Assembly: GCF_964204865.1 (NCBI RefSeq)
Contig: NC_135260.1
Location: forward strand, 14,012,001-14,076,000
DNA length: 64,000 bases
Direction: 5' to 3'
From: Styela clava
Taxonomy: Eukaryota
A model generated the notes under the pieces. The model was not told where the DNA came from. It did not search any database and worked only from the letters and a program-made list of their open reading frames with translations. The number at the start of each line of letters is the position of its first letter. Within the stretch, counting starts at the first letter, position 1. This document shows positions 13,990 to 26,453 of the stretch, piece by piece. Position numbers and translations under genes: made by a program.

Positions 13990-14576
13990 TATAGCATATG
14001 TGATTGGTAGATGAATGTGAGGTTACCGTATATTGCTAATTTGTAGATTGTCTCTGACTTGCAAGTCACCCGTTCACCCTTCAGCTTCAACGCCCACGTA
14101 AATGAAGATGCGTTAAAAATCTCTATATGTTTTTATTCGTAAATTTCCACAACACACAGAATATAAATCTTATAACATTTATCCACACTAGCTTTAAATG
14201 GTTTACATCGTCTTCCCCCACATCGTCCTCTCCCTCGAAAGATATCGGAGTCGTATTTATACGTTGATCATAAATCCAATTAAATGCTGTAAACGTGAGC
14301 TCGTGATTCACGTTATAAACAGAAACTCCTATTATCTCAATAAGGGTAATTATGTACATCGTACGGATGGGAACTTAGAGATAAATATTTCAATCAGTGC
14401 CAAAGGTCTTGAGAATATCAATTTTAATTTGATAATGACTGGGTGGAACATGTAATGTTCCTAAAACTGGTGTAATTTGATTCCTACGAAAGTCTTTGTT
14501 CGAATTTTGGGGAAAATTAACTTTGTTTTCATATTTTTAACATGAAATGGGGTACATTTGGGGGTTAGTTGCTATA
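13990..14576 (-). repeat. 5' LTR of the non-autonomous LTR element
   Basis: Direct repeat of 12024-12610 at an offset of 1966 bp (the same spurious ORFs appear twice in the ORF track); followed on the minus strand by a TGG-starting PBS. Confidence 0.9.
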
Positions 14577-17423
14577 AGACCACCGATAATTTCGCGATGT
14601 ACAGCATTTATGTATGGAACAAATCAATTAAATTTTAGTGGCTCAAAATTGTCTTGAACCTATAACATTTAATATAATTTTTAGTAAAAACAGCATAGCA
14701 ATATAGTCTACTTAACGTTAGGCTCTGGTGTGCGTTATCAACAAAAACTTAGGAAACCGAATAAGCCTTCCATCGGAGCTTTGAAGATTTTGTGAGAAAT
14801 TCATCAAAATTAGTTGTAACCACATGTAAGAAAATTTAACTTCCAGGGACTATCTTCACTGACAGGCGTGGTAGAATGTAAGCGGTTATGATTGAGATAG
14901 ATTGGCGCGATAATAATAACTTCACACACTCAAGGGATGAGTCCGACATGTTTCAAGAAATCAACACTGTTGGTTTTAACGATTGCTTTACTAGTACATG
15001 TACAAGGTTTGAACATAGACAAATTCTGTAGCAGTTTTACACATTCGGAATCACATCCTTTTTTTTCGGCCACTTGGCGATTTCACTCATATCCCATGTG
15101 AAAAATTACTATAAGTTTACAATTTCGTACTTACATGTTTTCTTAGTTCATATACACAGCGTTAGGTGCGAGAAATCGTTCGATAATTATCAAAGTTAAA
15201 CCAGCTGAGTCAATAAATAAACTTCCGCATCGTTCCAGATCAAACACACGTCCACGGTGGGAATATGGGTAAATTAAAGTGTGGGAACATTCAACTTTTT
15301 ATCGAATTTAAATTATGAAATCTAGTAAAACATATATTTTAAATAAAAAATGATTTAAAAAATTGCAATTGTTGTGGGGTAACGTAAAATGTATTTAAGT
15401 AACTAGCCTATTGCCGGTCTCTGTACGAAAGGGATTGCTCGGGACTCGGTCTTTGGTAAAGACAAGGATAATAACTCAAAATGAGACAAAATTTTTAATT
15501 TTTTAAAACTTCACTTTACGAGCCTTCCGTGTGTCGAATCATGCAGGATATCATTAAAATTATATTTTCGTCGTAGGTCAACTCATTGGAAAGAATTTTC
15601 AAGCACGGAGCCCACGGCAACCACATCGGTTGCAGTGGCCTAAATCAGGCCCTGTCTTATAATGAAATCTGTCTTAACATAATTTCTTAGTAACGAGAAA
15701 CTGGACTATTTTCATCATGATATATATCGTACCGCAAATACAGGTTGTTGTATATTATAGATTTTGCATAAAATATGGCTGATAAATATTTGAATTAAAT
15801 GAGAAAAATTTGTTCGAAAATATTCTAATTTATTATTAATTTATTATTTTGTTATAAATCTGTTATTGAGCTGAGTACTTATCAAGGGCTTTATTTCAGC
15901 CATTGATGGGTAGGCGTCAGAAAAATGAACTCAAGAGCTGAGTGATGTCGTGGGGAGCTATATCAGAATTAACCAGATGACTTAATTGGAACTAACTTGT
16001 AAATATGTGGACTGTCAAAATGTAATTCAACTGTCTTTCACTAATATATTGCTCAAACAACGCAATATAACAATCTTATCGGATTGATATACGCTTTCGG
16101 TATAACCAGCGGGCTCCGTAAATAACGAGGTCCTTGCTTTAATTACTGGCTGGTATAGTCAGTAATAGCCTTTAAACTGTTACATATTTGGAATGAAATG
16201 ACCGTGACTAAAATACGTCGAATGGTTGATTTACTATTGCATTAAACTTTCCATTTATAATACCGGAACACAGCGTTTCAGTCGTGATTACGCCATCACA
16301 GCCAAAAAGAGGAGGGTTTTTCAAAATCTTATTGAATTTCTAGAATAATTGCGTTTGCATTGTAATTCCCTGATAAAACAACAGCTTAAAATGCCTATAA
16401 ATTGTCGCTACGTGATCCATAATCCTAGACTACATGTTATAGTTGTTCTATTTAGTAGAACAAAATCTCTGTTGGATTATTATCTTTACAACCCATTGTT
16501 TACAAATAGTAAGAGTAAACTAGGGCGCACCAAATAAAAAAGGTGTCATTCGCAAATACAGGTAATATAACTCAGCGGGAACGAATATACGTCGAACTTT
16601 TTCTCCGTGGCGACATGGGAATATAACAACACGCACTGACGCTGTAGTCGCTCAGTCGAAAAGCGAGAGACAGGGAGTGCGAGCCCGATTTGTCTGTCTA
16701 GTCATTGGTGTCTGTATCGGCAACTTTGAAAAAATTCGTATATATAATGTCGTATATCATATTCATTCCTCAAACCACAGAAGTTGAGAAATTCATTAGT
16801 GCAATGAGGGCACATAAAAGTTAGAAATAGCAAAATTAATATACAGAAAAGACGAAGAGACTAAATATGCCGTTACAACTGATTTCTTTAAGTAAGATTC
16901 CTATGAAGTAATATTCTTTTAGTTATTGTTAGGATTACGAAGAGGTATTTTTTATTGTTCGTCACTTTTTAGGCGTAATGCTACTCATTTATTAACGAAA
17001 GTTTATCATACAATTCTATACAAATTTTACAAATAATGTATAGCCGAATGTAAATCTCATAAATTAAGTTAATCTTATATATAAGAATTTGTTGTGAATG
17101 CAGGTTTGGGTCAAGTTGATTGTTTTTGTCAACTTGTGCAATACAATTAACTGTTTTGCACTCCAGACAAATTTAAAATTGATGCCATCAAAATCTTTTC
17201 ATGCGGTTATTTTCTATGAAAGTTCGGCGTTGAATACAATTTTTAATTTGTTGGACAGGTGCTAAACTAGAATTAAAAAAATGAAAACAAACAGCTTGAG
17301 TTATTTTTATTTTATTTAATGTGTTTAAATTGATATTTTCTCATTCAGTGTTTATTATTTTTCCAGTCTTTTCCATTGTAAATTACTTAACAATACGTTT
17401 GAATACAATCAGCAACCAAAATA

Positions 17424-18577
17424 ATGAAAATATTTGGTTCGAGTCTCTTTCAAAGGCGAAGCGGGGAGACGTCAGCTTTGGGAGAATTCAATTTCCAGGT
17501 CACGCCGAGAAAAGATACGAGGCCCGCCCAACTTGAAGTTGATTGTTTCAAAAAGAAGAGAGAATTTTATGAAGAAAATTCATTTTCTAGAAAATCCATT
17601 CACAAAGTGAGACAAAATTTTAACGGAAACTTCAAAAATCTGAAATATGAAAATGATTCCGATTACGGTTCAATGCCAAGAGAGCAAGAAAACGAAGTGA
17701 GTTACGACCCCGAAAAGTTACTATTTCATAAACCAGAGCAAATTTTTGATCTTATTCCCCTTAATCGTGACGTCACTCAGTACGAAGAAGACTTTTCTAT
17801 TTTCCGCAATTATGAACGGGTCAAAGTTCAACTACACCCAGAAGAGGAATGGGCAAGAAATGCAAAGACGGTTTGGTGGACAATCAAATTTAGCAGGTAA
17901 TGTATAATAACAATAATTATTTTCATTTTCTTCATTCAACATTCTTCAATATATATCAGCAAATTTAACTGCTCAATCGTTGAGGGACCATATATCACAA
18001 TACAGAATGTATAAACGGAATAATCGGAACGCAATGTTTGAGCGATTATTAATCAATTTCATTTTTGAAATAGCATCCAACAAGTCAAATATATGTTAAA
18101 CAAATTTTAGTAAAATATTTATTTTCGTAAATTCGATACTACTATTGAATGTCCTCATTGGAATTTGAATCACATCATGCGTTCGTATCAATATAATTTT
18201 TTTCATTTTGTTTCACCGAAATTATCGACAAATAATTTAATAATTTACTCATTAAAAACTAGTGATTAAAATATTTTTTAATTTTTTTCAGGCTTTGGAA
18301 AAACATATGCATCGTTACCGAGAGCAGCATAGGAGGATCATTAGTATTTTCTACAGAAGCAAAATTATCATTTTGTCAGGATGACAACGTTAAAATAACA
18401 GGAACATTTAATCGGATAAAAAGTCCTGATTTCGAACTGACATTAACATCAAAACTGAGCGAAAATGATAATCGGCGGGGTTATGTTATGATTGGAAGTC
18501 TAAAGCAAGGGCTTGCAAAAGATGGAAAGCTGGAAACGACGCATTATGCTACGGTTATGAAAAACGATTTGACATAA
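17424..18577 (+). CDS. Uncharacterised 252-aa protein, 2 coding exons (17424-17896, 18292-18577)
   Basis: The 158-aa ORF ends at AG|GTAATG. A phase-2 splice to the TTTTTTTCAG| acceptor continues in an open frame: RLWKNICIVTESSIGGSLVFSTEAKLSFCQDDNVKITGTFNRIKSPDFELTLTSKLSENDNRRGYVMIGSLKQGLAKDGKLETTHYATVMKNDLT*. A possible 5' UTR exon and promoter lie at ~16570-16891. Confidence 0.8.
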
Positions 18578-19789
18578 AGAAGAGAATTATATAAATCAAT
18601 AATAACCATATTTATTGAACTCTTATTCTACACATCCAATTAGGACAAGTTGTACTTAACTGCACCATGTCAACATTTTAAATATTATCAATGAATGCCG
18701 TGACAAATTTCAAGTTATGTTAAGAATGTAGGACATTATATTTTCGCCCAAATTATTTTCTCTAATTTACTTCACTTTGTTTAGTTTTTTTTATTTATTC
18801 CAGTTTACTTTTTATTATTCAAATATAAGTTCCTGATTTATTTGATATATTTTTCAAGTACAATGTCAGAAGATTTTTATTGATTTATGAAATAGCAAAA
18901 GGGGCTTGCGTATACATCAACTAATCTAACCTCACAAAAACTAAAAAAATTTTTTATGAGCATTACTCCCGGCTTTAACCAACATTGACTTAAGTCGGAC
19001 AAAAAAGAAAAGCAACGAAAGAAGCTGATGGGTAGAAAGCGAGAAGAGCCAGATAGCGCAATGCTTAGAATAATTGGTTGAATATAGCGCAATAAGAGAA
19101 TAGAGCAAGTAAGACAATTAATTAAGCCCTAATTCTGTTATATGAGGTGAATCCCCAGATACACAAATCGGTTCATGGATATAGAAAGGAGCATAGGGAT
19201 GCCCACAGAAATAAATAGATTTTAATAGTGATTGATTCATCATGATAATAAATAAGTATGCAGCGGCAAAAGTAAGTAGTCATTATTGATTTATATTGAG
19301 GAGTAGTTAAATAATTGTTCGCAACTATTTCAGCGTACGTTTTTGCTGAAGGCCAATAACGAACATGGGAATTGTATATAAACTTTGTCATCTGCCTTAT
19401 TCAAAAGATTTCTAGAATATTACGCAGTTTCGAAGCGATATCATCATCAATTAGTAAACAATATGGGCAATGAATCAAGGCTATATATGTTTAGTATTTT
19501 TAGTACAAGTAAAATTTAAAAAAATAATTCAGTTTTTTGAAAGAAAAAAAAAACATTAAAGCCCGAATGTTCTATTCACATTACAAAATAGTAGACGTAG
19601 TGGTATTTCACGGTTTATTAGACAACAATAGAAATAAAACAAATAATAATAAAAAGAGCTAGTGTCAAATATATGGTCCCACAGGCTAAAACAATATATT
19701 TTACCCACAATTCCCATCAAATTCAGACAGAGTTGGTACTGTGGAGCACCGTAACTTACTGGTACCGGTGCCCGCACTGGTCCTAGCTT

Positions 19790-20470
19790 TACGGGGAATG
19801 CGGGTGACTTGAGCCACGAGGTGACTTGTTTCACCGCCGGGAATTAGCAACATGCTTTGGTGATAGGAGGCTCGCGCGCCATCTGTTAGTAGGTTGTGTC
19901 ATAACTTGCTTGCAGTCAATAAAAAAATTGGAATCGCAGCAAAAAGTGGATTTAGTGGTTGGAGGTCAAATGTTTTCTCTTACCCATATTCAATCCCGTA
20001 AAGTGATATGGCATTAGTTGAAGGGGCAGCAAAAGCGGCTATAAGAAGGCTGCAGTATTCGAGCCGCGGCGAGAGTATGTGATGTGGACCGGATGACACT
20101 CAAGCGATACATCGATAAAAAAAAAAACACGACCCACATAGGACACGCGGATACAAGAATGGCAAGTTGTAGAATATGATATTCGGTCCATAAATGGAAA
20201 CTGAACTGGCTAGTCACATTAAAACACTATCGGAAAACTACCATGGACTATCCAAAGATAAATGCCGATGTTTGGTATACGAGTTTGCAGAGAGAAACGG
20301 TATTGTTGTACCAGAAAATTCAAAAACCTACAAAAAAAGCTGTTCGGGGGTTATGGCTTTGAATGAAAGCTCGCAATAACCTCGCGATTCGATGTCCATA
20401 AGCTACTGCGTTGGCCGGAGAAACGACGTTTAGTCATCAGACAGTGGGACGGTTTCACAAAAAACCTTGT
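19790..20470 (+). mobile_element. 5' fragment of a pogo/Tigger-type (Tc1/mariner superfamily) transposon, decayed transposase
   Basis: TIR-like TACGGGGAATGCGGGTGACTTGAGCCACGAGGTGACTTG; HTH_psq-like peptide EGCSIRAAARVCDVDRMTLKRYIDKK (~20044-20125); CENP-B-type HTH METELASHIKTLSENYHGLSKDKCRCLVYEFAERNGIVVPEN (20194-); then RNNLAIRCP*ATALA...; truncated before the DDE domain. Confidence 0.8.
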
Positions 20471-21137
20471 CAAAGAAATTCTTAGTTCATAAATCCAAAT
20501 TAACAATGCTGATTACTACCATTCTACTCATCCCAACAAGATTTGTTTCATCTATCGTTTCATTACATTGCGAATGTCAAAATTTCATAGTTTGTGATGT
20601 TAATGTCTAACAATATCGAATAATTGCCGTATTTGTTGAGTTGAGCAGTTGTGAATTGAAAAAATGGCCAAATTCTGTTCGATATCAAATTGCCCACCAT
20701 CAAACAACGTACAATAAGATACAAAATATAATGAGGATTTTGATGCAAGTATGATATCCTCATCTTTTAGTCTTACAATAACGAAAATGACCTGTTAGTC
20801 CCAAAACGAACGCTATCTATGCCTGCTTTATATTCTCACAAGTTTTTTATTTTCAGATAAGTATGAACAAAAGGCTGTTTGATAAAATTAACTTAAACCA
20901 GTTGAAAATTTGCTAGTATTGAGATAGGTTATCAGACCGAAGCAAAATTAACTATGGTCGGCAATTTACTATAAAAGTTCGAACTATCTTTCAATTTAAA
21001 CAAGATATTCAATTTACGTTATCTTATCTTGATCGTATGGACTTAAATAAATATAACTTGCTGGGCCTAACATAATCATTTAATTATATTTTGTTATAAT
21101 ACATTCTACACAATCCGAAGAGAGGAACTATTAAAGT

Positions 21138-21704
21138 ATGTGCAGCAAAATCAACTCAAATCAATCCACAGAAGATCTTTTACCTTTGGTAAGCATCATT
21201 ATGCATGAGACATTTTATAGCCTAATTGAGGCAATTGCTCTTTCAACAAATATTTTTTTACAACGTAACTAATAACCAATATTTTTCTTTACAAAGTTTA
21301 GAAATATTATTGATTTTGAACGAGAATGTCAGTCCAAGACAGTACAAGTTGATTATTCCAAGAATTAAGGATATCTCACACAAGTTGGTATTAATATTTC
21401 ACGCAATTTTAGGAAAAACATTCCAAACAAAGAGTGCTCAATGATCCAAGAAATATACCGTTCAGAAATTGATGCAAATGCGGATGAAATAGAATCTAAA
21501 ATATATTACAACAAAACACACACAAAAAACTTTTCACATTACACTTGAGCTCAACTTAATATTATACCACAAAGTAATAGATCAACCCGAAAAGAAAGAA
21601 GAGATTTAGCAAGTCCACTTTCAAGAACAGGTCGATCACTAAGAAGTAATGTTCTACGGAAACAACACAGAATCAGATGTCGAAGCATGCTTTTAAAGTT
21701 GTGA
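21138..21704 (+). pseudogene. Array copy 1 of the candidate orphan gene, disrupted
   Basis: Exon-1 equivalent 21138-21188 with GTAAGC donor; acceptor mutated (TTTACAA instead of TTTACAG); 1-nt deletion near 21365 relative to the other copies. Confidence 0.4.
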
Positions 21705-23575
21705 TTTCTCGAAAATAATTGAAATATCGAAAAACTGGTATTTTTCAAGCCATTCTTTACATTGCAAGTGCAATAAGTTTATATTTTCAATATAATTTTT
21801 CCTTTAAATTTGAAATACGAATTATTTCTCCATTTATATTATTAATCAAATGTTCAACGTTTATTCTATTTTCTTGCTTGCTTATTCAGCCAATAGCTGG
21901 ATTTCATTCCATTAGAACAATAAAATTTCTTTAAGCCTAATTAGGTTATTTATTTGTATCTTATATTAAATACTTCAACAAAACAGGTTGTACAGGTATG
22001 CAATCTGTCACAGAAGACTACCGCCACACGGTGCGTAATTTCTATTTTGAATGACGTCATCTACATAAAAAAAAAAGAATCACATATAGCACACAGACAT
22101 TTTTGAAATATATAAAAGTAATAGCCTTCTAGCGGAAAATACAATCTCAAAGCACTGAAAATCAGAAAGCAATTGATCTAGTAGGAAATGAATAAAGCGA
22201 TATTTCATTAACAGAAATTAATAAACAAGAAAAGGAAAATGACATAAACTACAACAACAAAAACATCTTATTAACAAAGGAAGCTATATGTACACTTCGG
22301 ATCCAATATAGAATGAACAAAATCATTTAAAAATTTAAAAATATACATAAATGTGTTAGTGTTTTCACATAGCTGCATTCTTATGTTCAGTCAGTAAATA
22401 TAAGACGGTCGACCCTTTTTATTGCAATTCAAAAAATACAAATCTATTCTTTGATGAAAAATATATTACGTGATCTTTAGAGCAGTTAATATATATGGAA
22501 AATCCACTGATTGCAGGAAATCGGAACTGTAAATGAATGAATATATTAGGATTTAAGAATGTAACATCGATCAACTCGATTCTCTCGTGATTTTATTAGT
22601 TTCACATTTATGTATCAGAGCGGATGTCGAGTTTTGTACATGAGAAAAGTTTATATTTCATAAAGTTCACCAAAATCTTTTAAAAAATTAAAGACATAAA
22701 TTATTCCAGTATTACAGCACTTTTTACCTTGTATAAAAATTTATTTTGCACATAATGCGTTGTTATTGGGATGAAAAGGTCCATGTCAAAAAAAAAAACG
22801 AAAGATGAATTAGACCCAGTCGGACCTACGAACTGCATGGCACGCTTTCAACTCCTTCCCAAATAGCAATGCTACCATTCTTTTCATCCAATGAACCAAA
22901 AATAAGATTTGTTTCATCCATCGTTTCATTACATTGCTAATGTCAAAATTTGATAGTTTGTGATGTTAATATCTAACAATATCGCATAATTGGTGAATTT
23001 ATTGAGTTCAGCAGTTGTGAATTAAAAAATTGCCAAATTCTGTTCGATATTAAATTGCTCGCCATCAAACCTCGTACAATGTTTTGAAGGATACAAAATA
23101 TAATGGAACGTTCTCCGTTAAACCAAAAGAAACTACCGGTAGATATTATTCTTCATCGACAGAGGGATTTCGGTGCAAGAGTGATATCCTCATCTTTATG
23201 ATAACGGAAATGTCATGTTAGTTCTAAAACGAACGTTATCTATGCCTGTGTTATATTCTCACAAGTTCGGTATTTTCATAAGTAAGAACAAAAGGCTGTT
23301 TGATAAAATTTACATAAACTAATCGAAAATTTGATAGTATTAAGATATGTTATCAGTCTAAAGAAAACTTAATTATGGTCGGCAATTCACTATAAAAGTT
23401 CGAATTATCTATCTTTCAATTTAAGGATTCAATTCAATTAAGGATATTCAATAGCGTTATCTTATCTTGATCGTATAGACTTGCATAAATATAACTTGCT
23501 GGGCCTAACATAATCATTCAACTATATTTTGTCATACCACCTTCGACACAATCCAAAGAGAGGAATTAGTAAAGT

Positions 23576-24149
23576 ATGTGCAGCAAAATCAATTCAAATC
23601 AATCCACAGAAAATCTATTATCTATGGTAAGCTTCATTATGCATGAGACATTTTATATTCTAATTGAAGCAATCACCTTTTCAACAAATATTTATTCACA
23701 ACGTAACTAATAACCATTATTTATATTTCTCTTTACAGAGTTTAAAAGAATTATTGATTTTGAATGAGCATGCCAGTCCAAGACAAAACAAGTTGAATAT
23801 TCCAAGAAATAAAAGATATCTCACACAAATTGATATTACTATTTCACGCAATTTTAGGAAAAGCGTTCAAAACAAAGAGTGCTCAATGATCCAAGAAATA
23901 TACCGTTCAGGATCTGATCCAAAAGCGGATGAAATAAAATCTAAAGTAAATTACAACAAAACACAAACGAAAAACTTTTCACAATACACTGGAGCTCAAT
24001 TTAATATTATACCACAAAGTAATAGATCAAACCGAAAAAGAAGAAGAGATTTGGCAAGTCCACTTTCAACAACAGGTCGATCACTAAGAAGTAATGTTCT
24101 ACGGAAACAACACGGAATCAGATGTCGAAGCATGCTTTTAAAGTTGTGA
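23576..24149 (+). CDS. Candidate 153-aa basic orphan protein, array copy 2 (exons 23576-23626, 23739-24149)
   Basis: MCSKINSNQSTENLLSM|GTAAGC, 112-nt intron with ACTAAT branch-like motif and TTTCTCTTTACAG| acceptor, then in-frame SLKELLILNEH...KRRRDLASPLSTTGRSLRSNVLRKQHGIRCRSMLLKL*; AATAAA ~25 nt downstream. No recognised homolog. Confidence 0.45.
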
Positions 24150-24417
24150 TTTCTCGCAAATAATTGAAATATTAATAAAATCGTATTTTTCAAGTCATTC
24201 TTTACATGGCAAGTGCAATAAGTTTATATTTTCAATATAATTTTTACTCTAAATTTGAAACACAAATTATTTCTCTATTTATACTATTAATCTAATGTTC
24301 AAGGTTTATTCTATTTTCTTGCTTATTCAGCAAATAGCTGGATTTCATTCCATTAGAACAATACAATTTCTATAAGCTCAATTACTTTATTTATTTGTAT
24401 CATTTATAAAATTCTTC

Positions 24418-24784
24418 AACAAGAAATCGATGCATAAATATATGGACTCGAAGGCCGAAACGAGGTTTTACGGGTATGAAATCTGTCACCGAAGACTACC
24501 GCCACAAGGTGCGCAATTTTTATTTTTGATGACATCATCTACGTCGAAAAAAAGAATCGCATATAGCACACATACATTTTTGAGATATATAAAAGTATTA
24601 GCTTTCCAGCAAAAAATACAATTTTAAAGCACTGAAAATTAGAAAGCATTTGATCCAGAAGGTAATGAGTAAATCGATATTTCATAAAAAGAAATATACT
24701 AACAAGAAAGAAACATGACAGGCACTACGAAAACAAAAACATCTTAATAACAGAAGAAGCTATGTGTACACTTCGGGTCCAATA
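24418..24784 (-). mobile_element. Helentron-associated (DINE-1/HINE-like) non-autonomous element; one copy per array unit
   Basis: Ends AACAAGAAATCGATGCATAAATATATGGAC ... TATGTGTACACTTCGGGTCCAATA and body (CACAAGGTG, CACTGAAAATT, ACTAACAAGAA) align by eye with the free-standing element at 60033-60316. Confidence 0.65.
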
Positions 24785-26029
24785 TAGAATAAACAAAATC
24801 ATTCCAAAATTTATAAATATACATAAATGTGTTATTGTTTACACATAACTGCACTCTTATGCTCAGTCAGTAAATATAGTACGGTCGACCCTTTTTATCG
24901 CAATTCAAAAATTACAAATCTATTCTTTGCTGAATAATATATCACGTGATCTTTAGAGCAGTTTATGTATACGGAAAATCCACTGATTTCAGAAAGTCGG
25001 AACGGTAAATGAATTGATATATTAGGCTTTAAGAATGTAACATCGATTAACTCTTTTCTTTTGTGCCTTTATTAGTTTCACATTTATGTATCGAAACGGA
25101 TTTTCGAGTTTTTGTACATGAGAAAAGTTTATATTTCATGAAGTTCACCAAAATCTTTTCAAAAGATAATGACATAATTTATTCCAGTATTACAGCACTT
25201 TTTACCTTGTATAAAAATTTATTTTGCACATAATGCGTTGTTATTGGGATGAAAAGGTCCATGTCAAAAAAAAACGAAAGATGAATTAGACCCAGTCGGA
25301 TCTACGAACTGCATGGCACGCTTTTAACTCCTTCCCAAATAGCAATGCTACCATTCTTTTCATCCAATGAACCAAAAATAAGATTTGTTTCATCCATCGT
25401 TTTATTACATTGCTAATGTCAAAATTTGATAGTTTGTGATGTTAATATCTAACAATATCGAAGAATTGCCGAATTTATTGAGTTCAGCAGTTGTGAATTA
25501 AAAAATTGCCAAATTCTGTTCAATATTAAATTGCCCACCAACAAACCTCGTACAATGTTTTGAAGGATACAAAATATAATGGAACGTTCTCCGTTAAACC
25601 AAAAGAAACTAGATATTATTCTTCATCGACAGAGGGATTTCGGTGCAAGAGTGATATCCTCATCTTTATGATAACGGAAATGTCATGTTAGTTCTAAAAC
25701 GAACGCTATCTATGCCTGAGTTATATTCTCACAAGTTCGGTATTTTCAGATAAGTAAGAATAAAAGGCTGTTTGATAAAATTTACATAAACTAATCAAAA
25801 ATTTGATAGTATTAAGATATGTTATCAGTCTAAAGAAAACTTAATTATGGTCGGCAATTCACTATAAAAGTTCGAACTATCTTTCAATTTAAGCAAGATA
25901 TTCAATAGCGTTATCTTATCTTGATCGTATAGACTTGCATAAATATAACTTGCTGGGCCTAACATAATCATTCAACTATATTTTGTCATACCACCTTCTA
26001 CACAATCCAAAGAGAGGAATTAGTAAAGT

Positions 26030-26453
26030 ATGTGCAGCAAAATCAACTCAAATCAATCCACAGAAGATCTGTTATCTATGGTACGCTTCATTATGCATGA
26101 GACATTTTATATCCTAATTGAAGCAATCACCTTTTCAACAAATATTTATTCACAACGTAACTAATAACCATTATTTATATTTCTCTTTACAGAGTTTAAA
26201 AGAATTATTGATTTTGAACGAGCATGTCAGTCCAAGACAAAACAAGTTGAATATTCCAAGAAATAAAAGATATCTCACACAAATTGATATTACTATTTCA
26301 CGCAATTTTAGGAAAAGCGTTCCAAACAAAGAGTGCTCAATGATCCAAGAAATATACCGTTCAGGATCTGATCCAAAAGCGGATGAAATAAAATCTAAAG
26401 TAAATTACAACAAAACACAAACGAAAAACTTTTCACAATACACTGGAGCTTAA
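26030..26453 (+). pseudogene. Array copy 3 of the candidate orphan gene with premature stop
   Basis: Exons 26030-26080 and 26193-; CAA->TAA at 26451-26453 removes the basic C-terminus. Confidence 0.4.

Larger units (their letters stand above)
12024..14576 (-). mobile_element. Non-autonomous LTR retrotransposon (large TRIM/LARD-like), 2553 bp
   Basis: Two 587-bp direct repeats (12024-12610, 13990-14576), each bounded by the inverted 7-mer TATAGCA...TGCTATA; 4-bp TSD AGAC (12020-12023, 14577-14580); minus-strand PBS-like TGGTGACAAAACCGAC 2 nt after the 5' LTR; polypurine tract AAGATGGGGAGA just before the 3' LTR; 1379-bp interior without gag/pol ORFs. Confidence 0.9.

Noticed and set aside
12157-14455. 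Duplicated ORFs (78 aa and 85 aa) suggesting a gene duplication
   Set aside because: They lie inside the two LTRs and show no protein motifs.
23664-24149. ORF-track 161-aa proteins starting MKQSPFQQ (and equivalents in other units)
   Set aside because: They start at TTG inside the predicted intron; the first 25 residues are intronic under the spliced model.
23996-24193. Repeated minus-strand 65-aa ORF MKNTILL...
   Set aside because: TTG start, antisense shadow of the plus-strand exon; it recurs only because the unit is repeated.
25741-25760. TTTTCAG-ATAA-GTAAG possible 4-nt microexon or trans-splice acceptor in each unit
   Set aside because: Acceptor lost in copy 2, donor varies between copies, and no coherent reading frame could be built.
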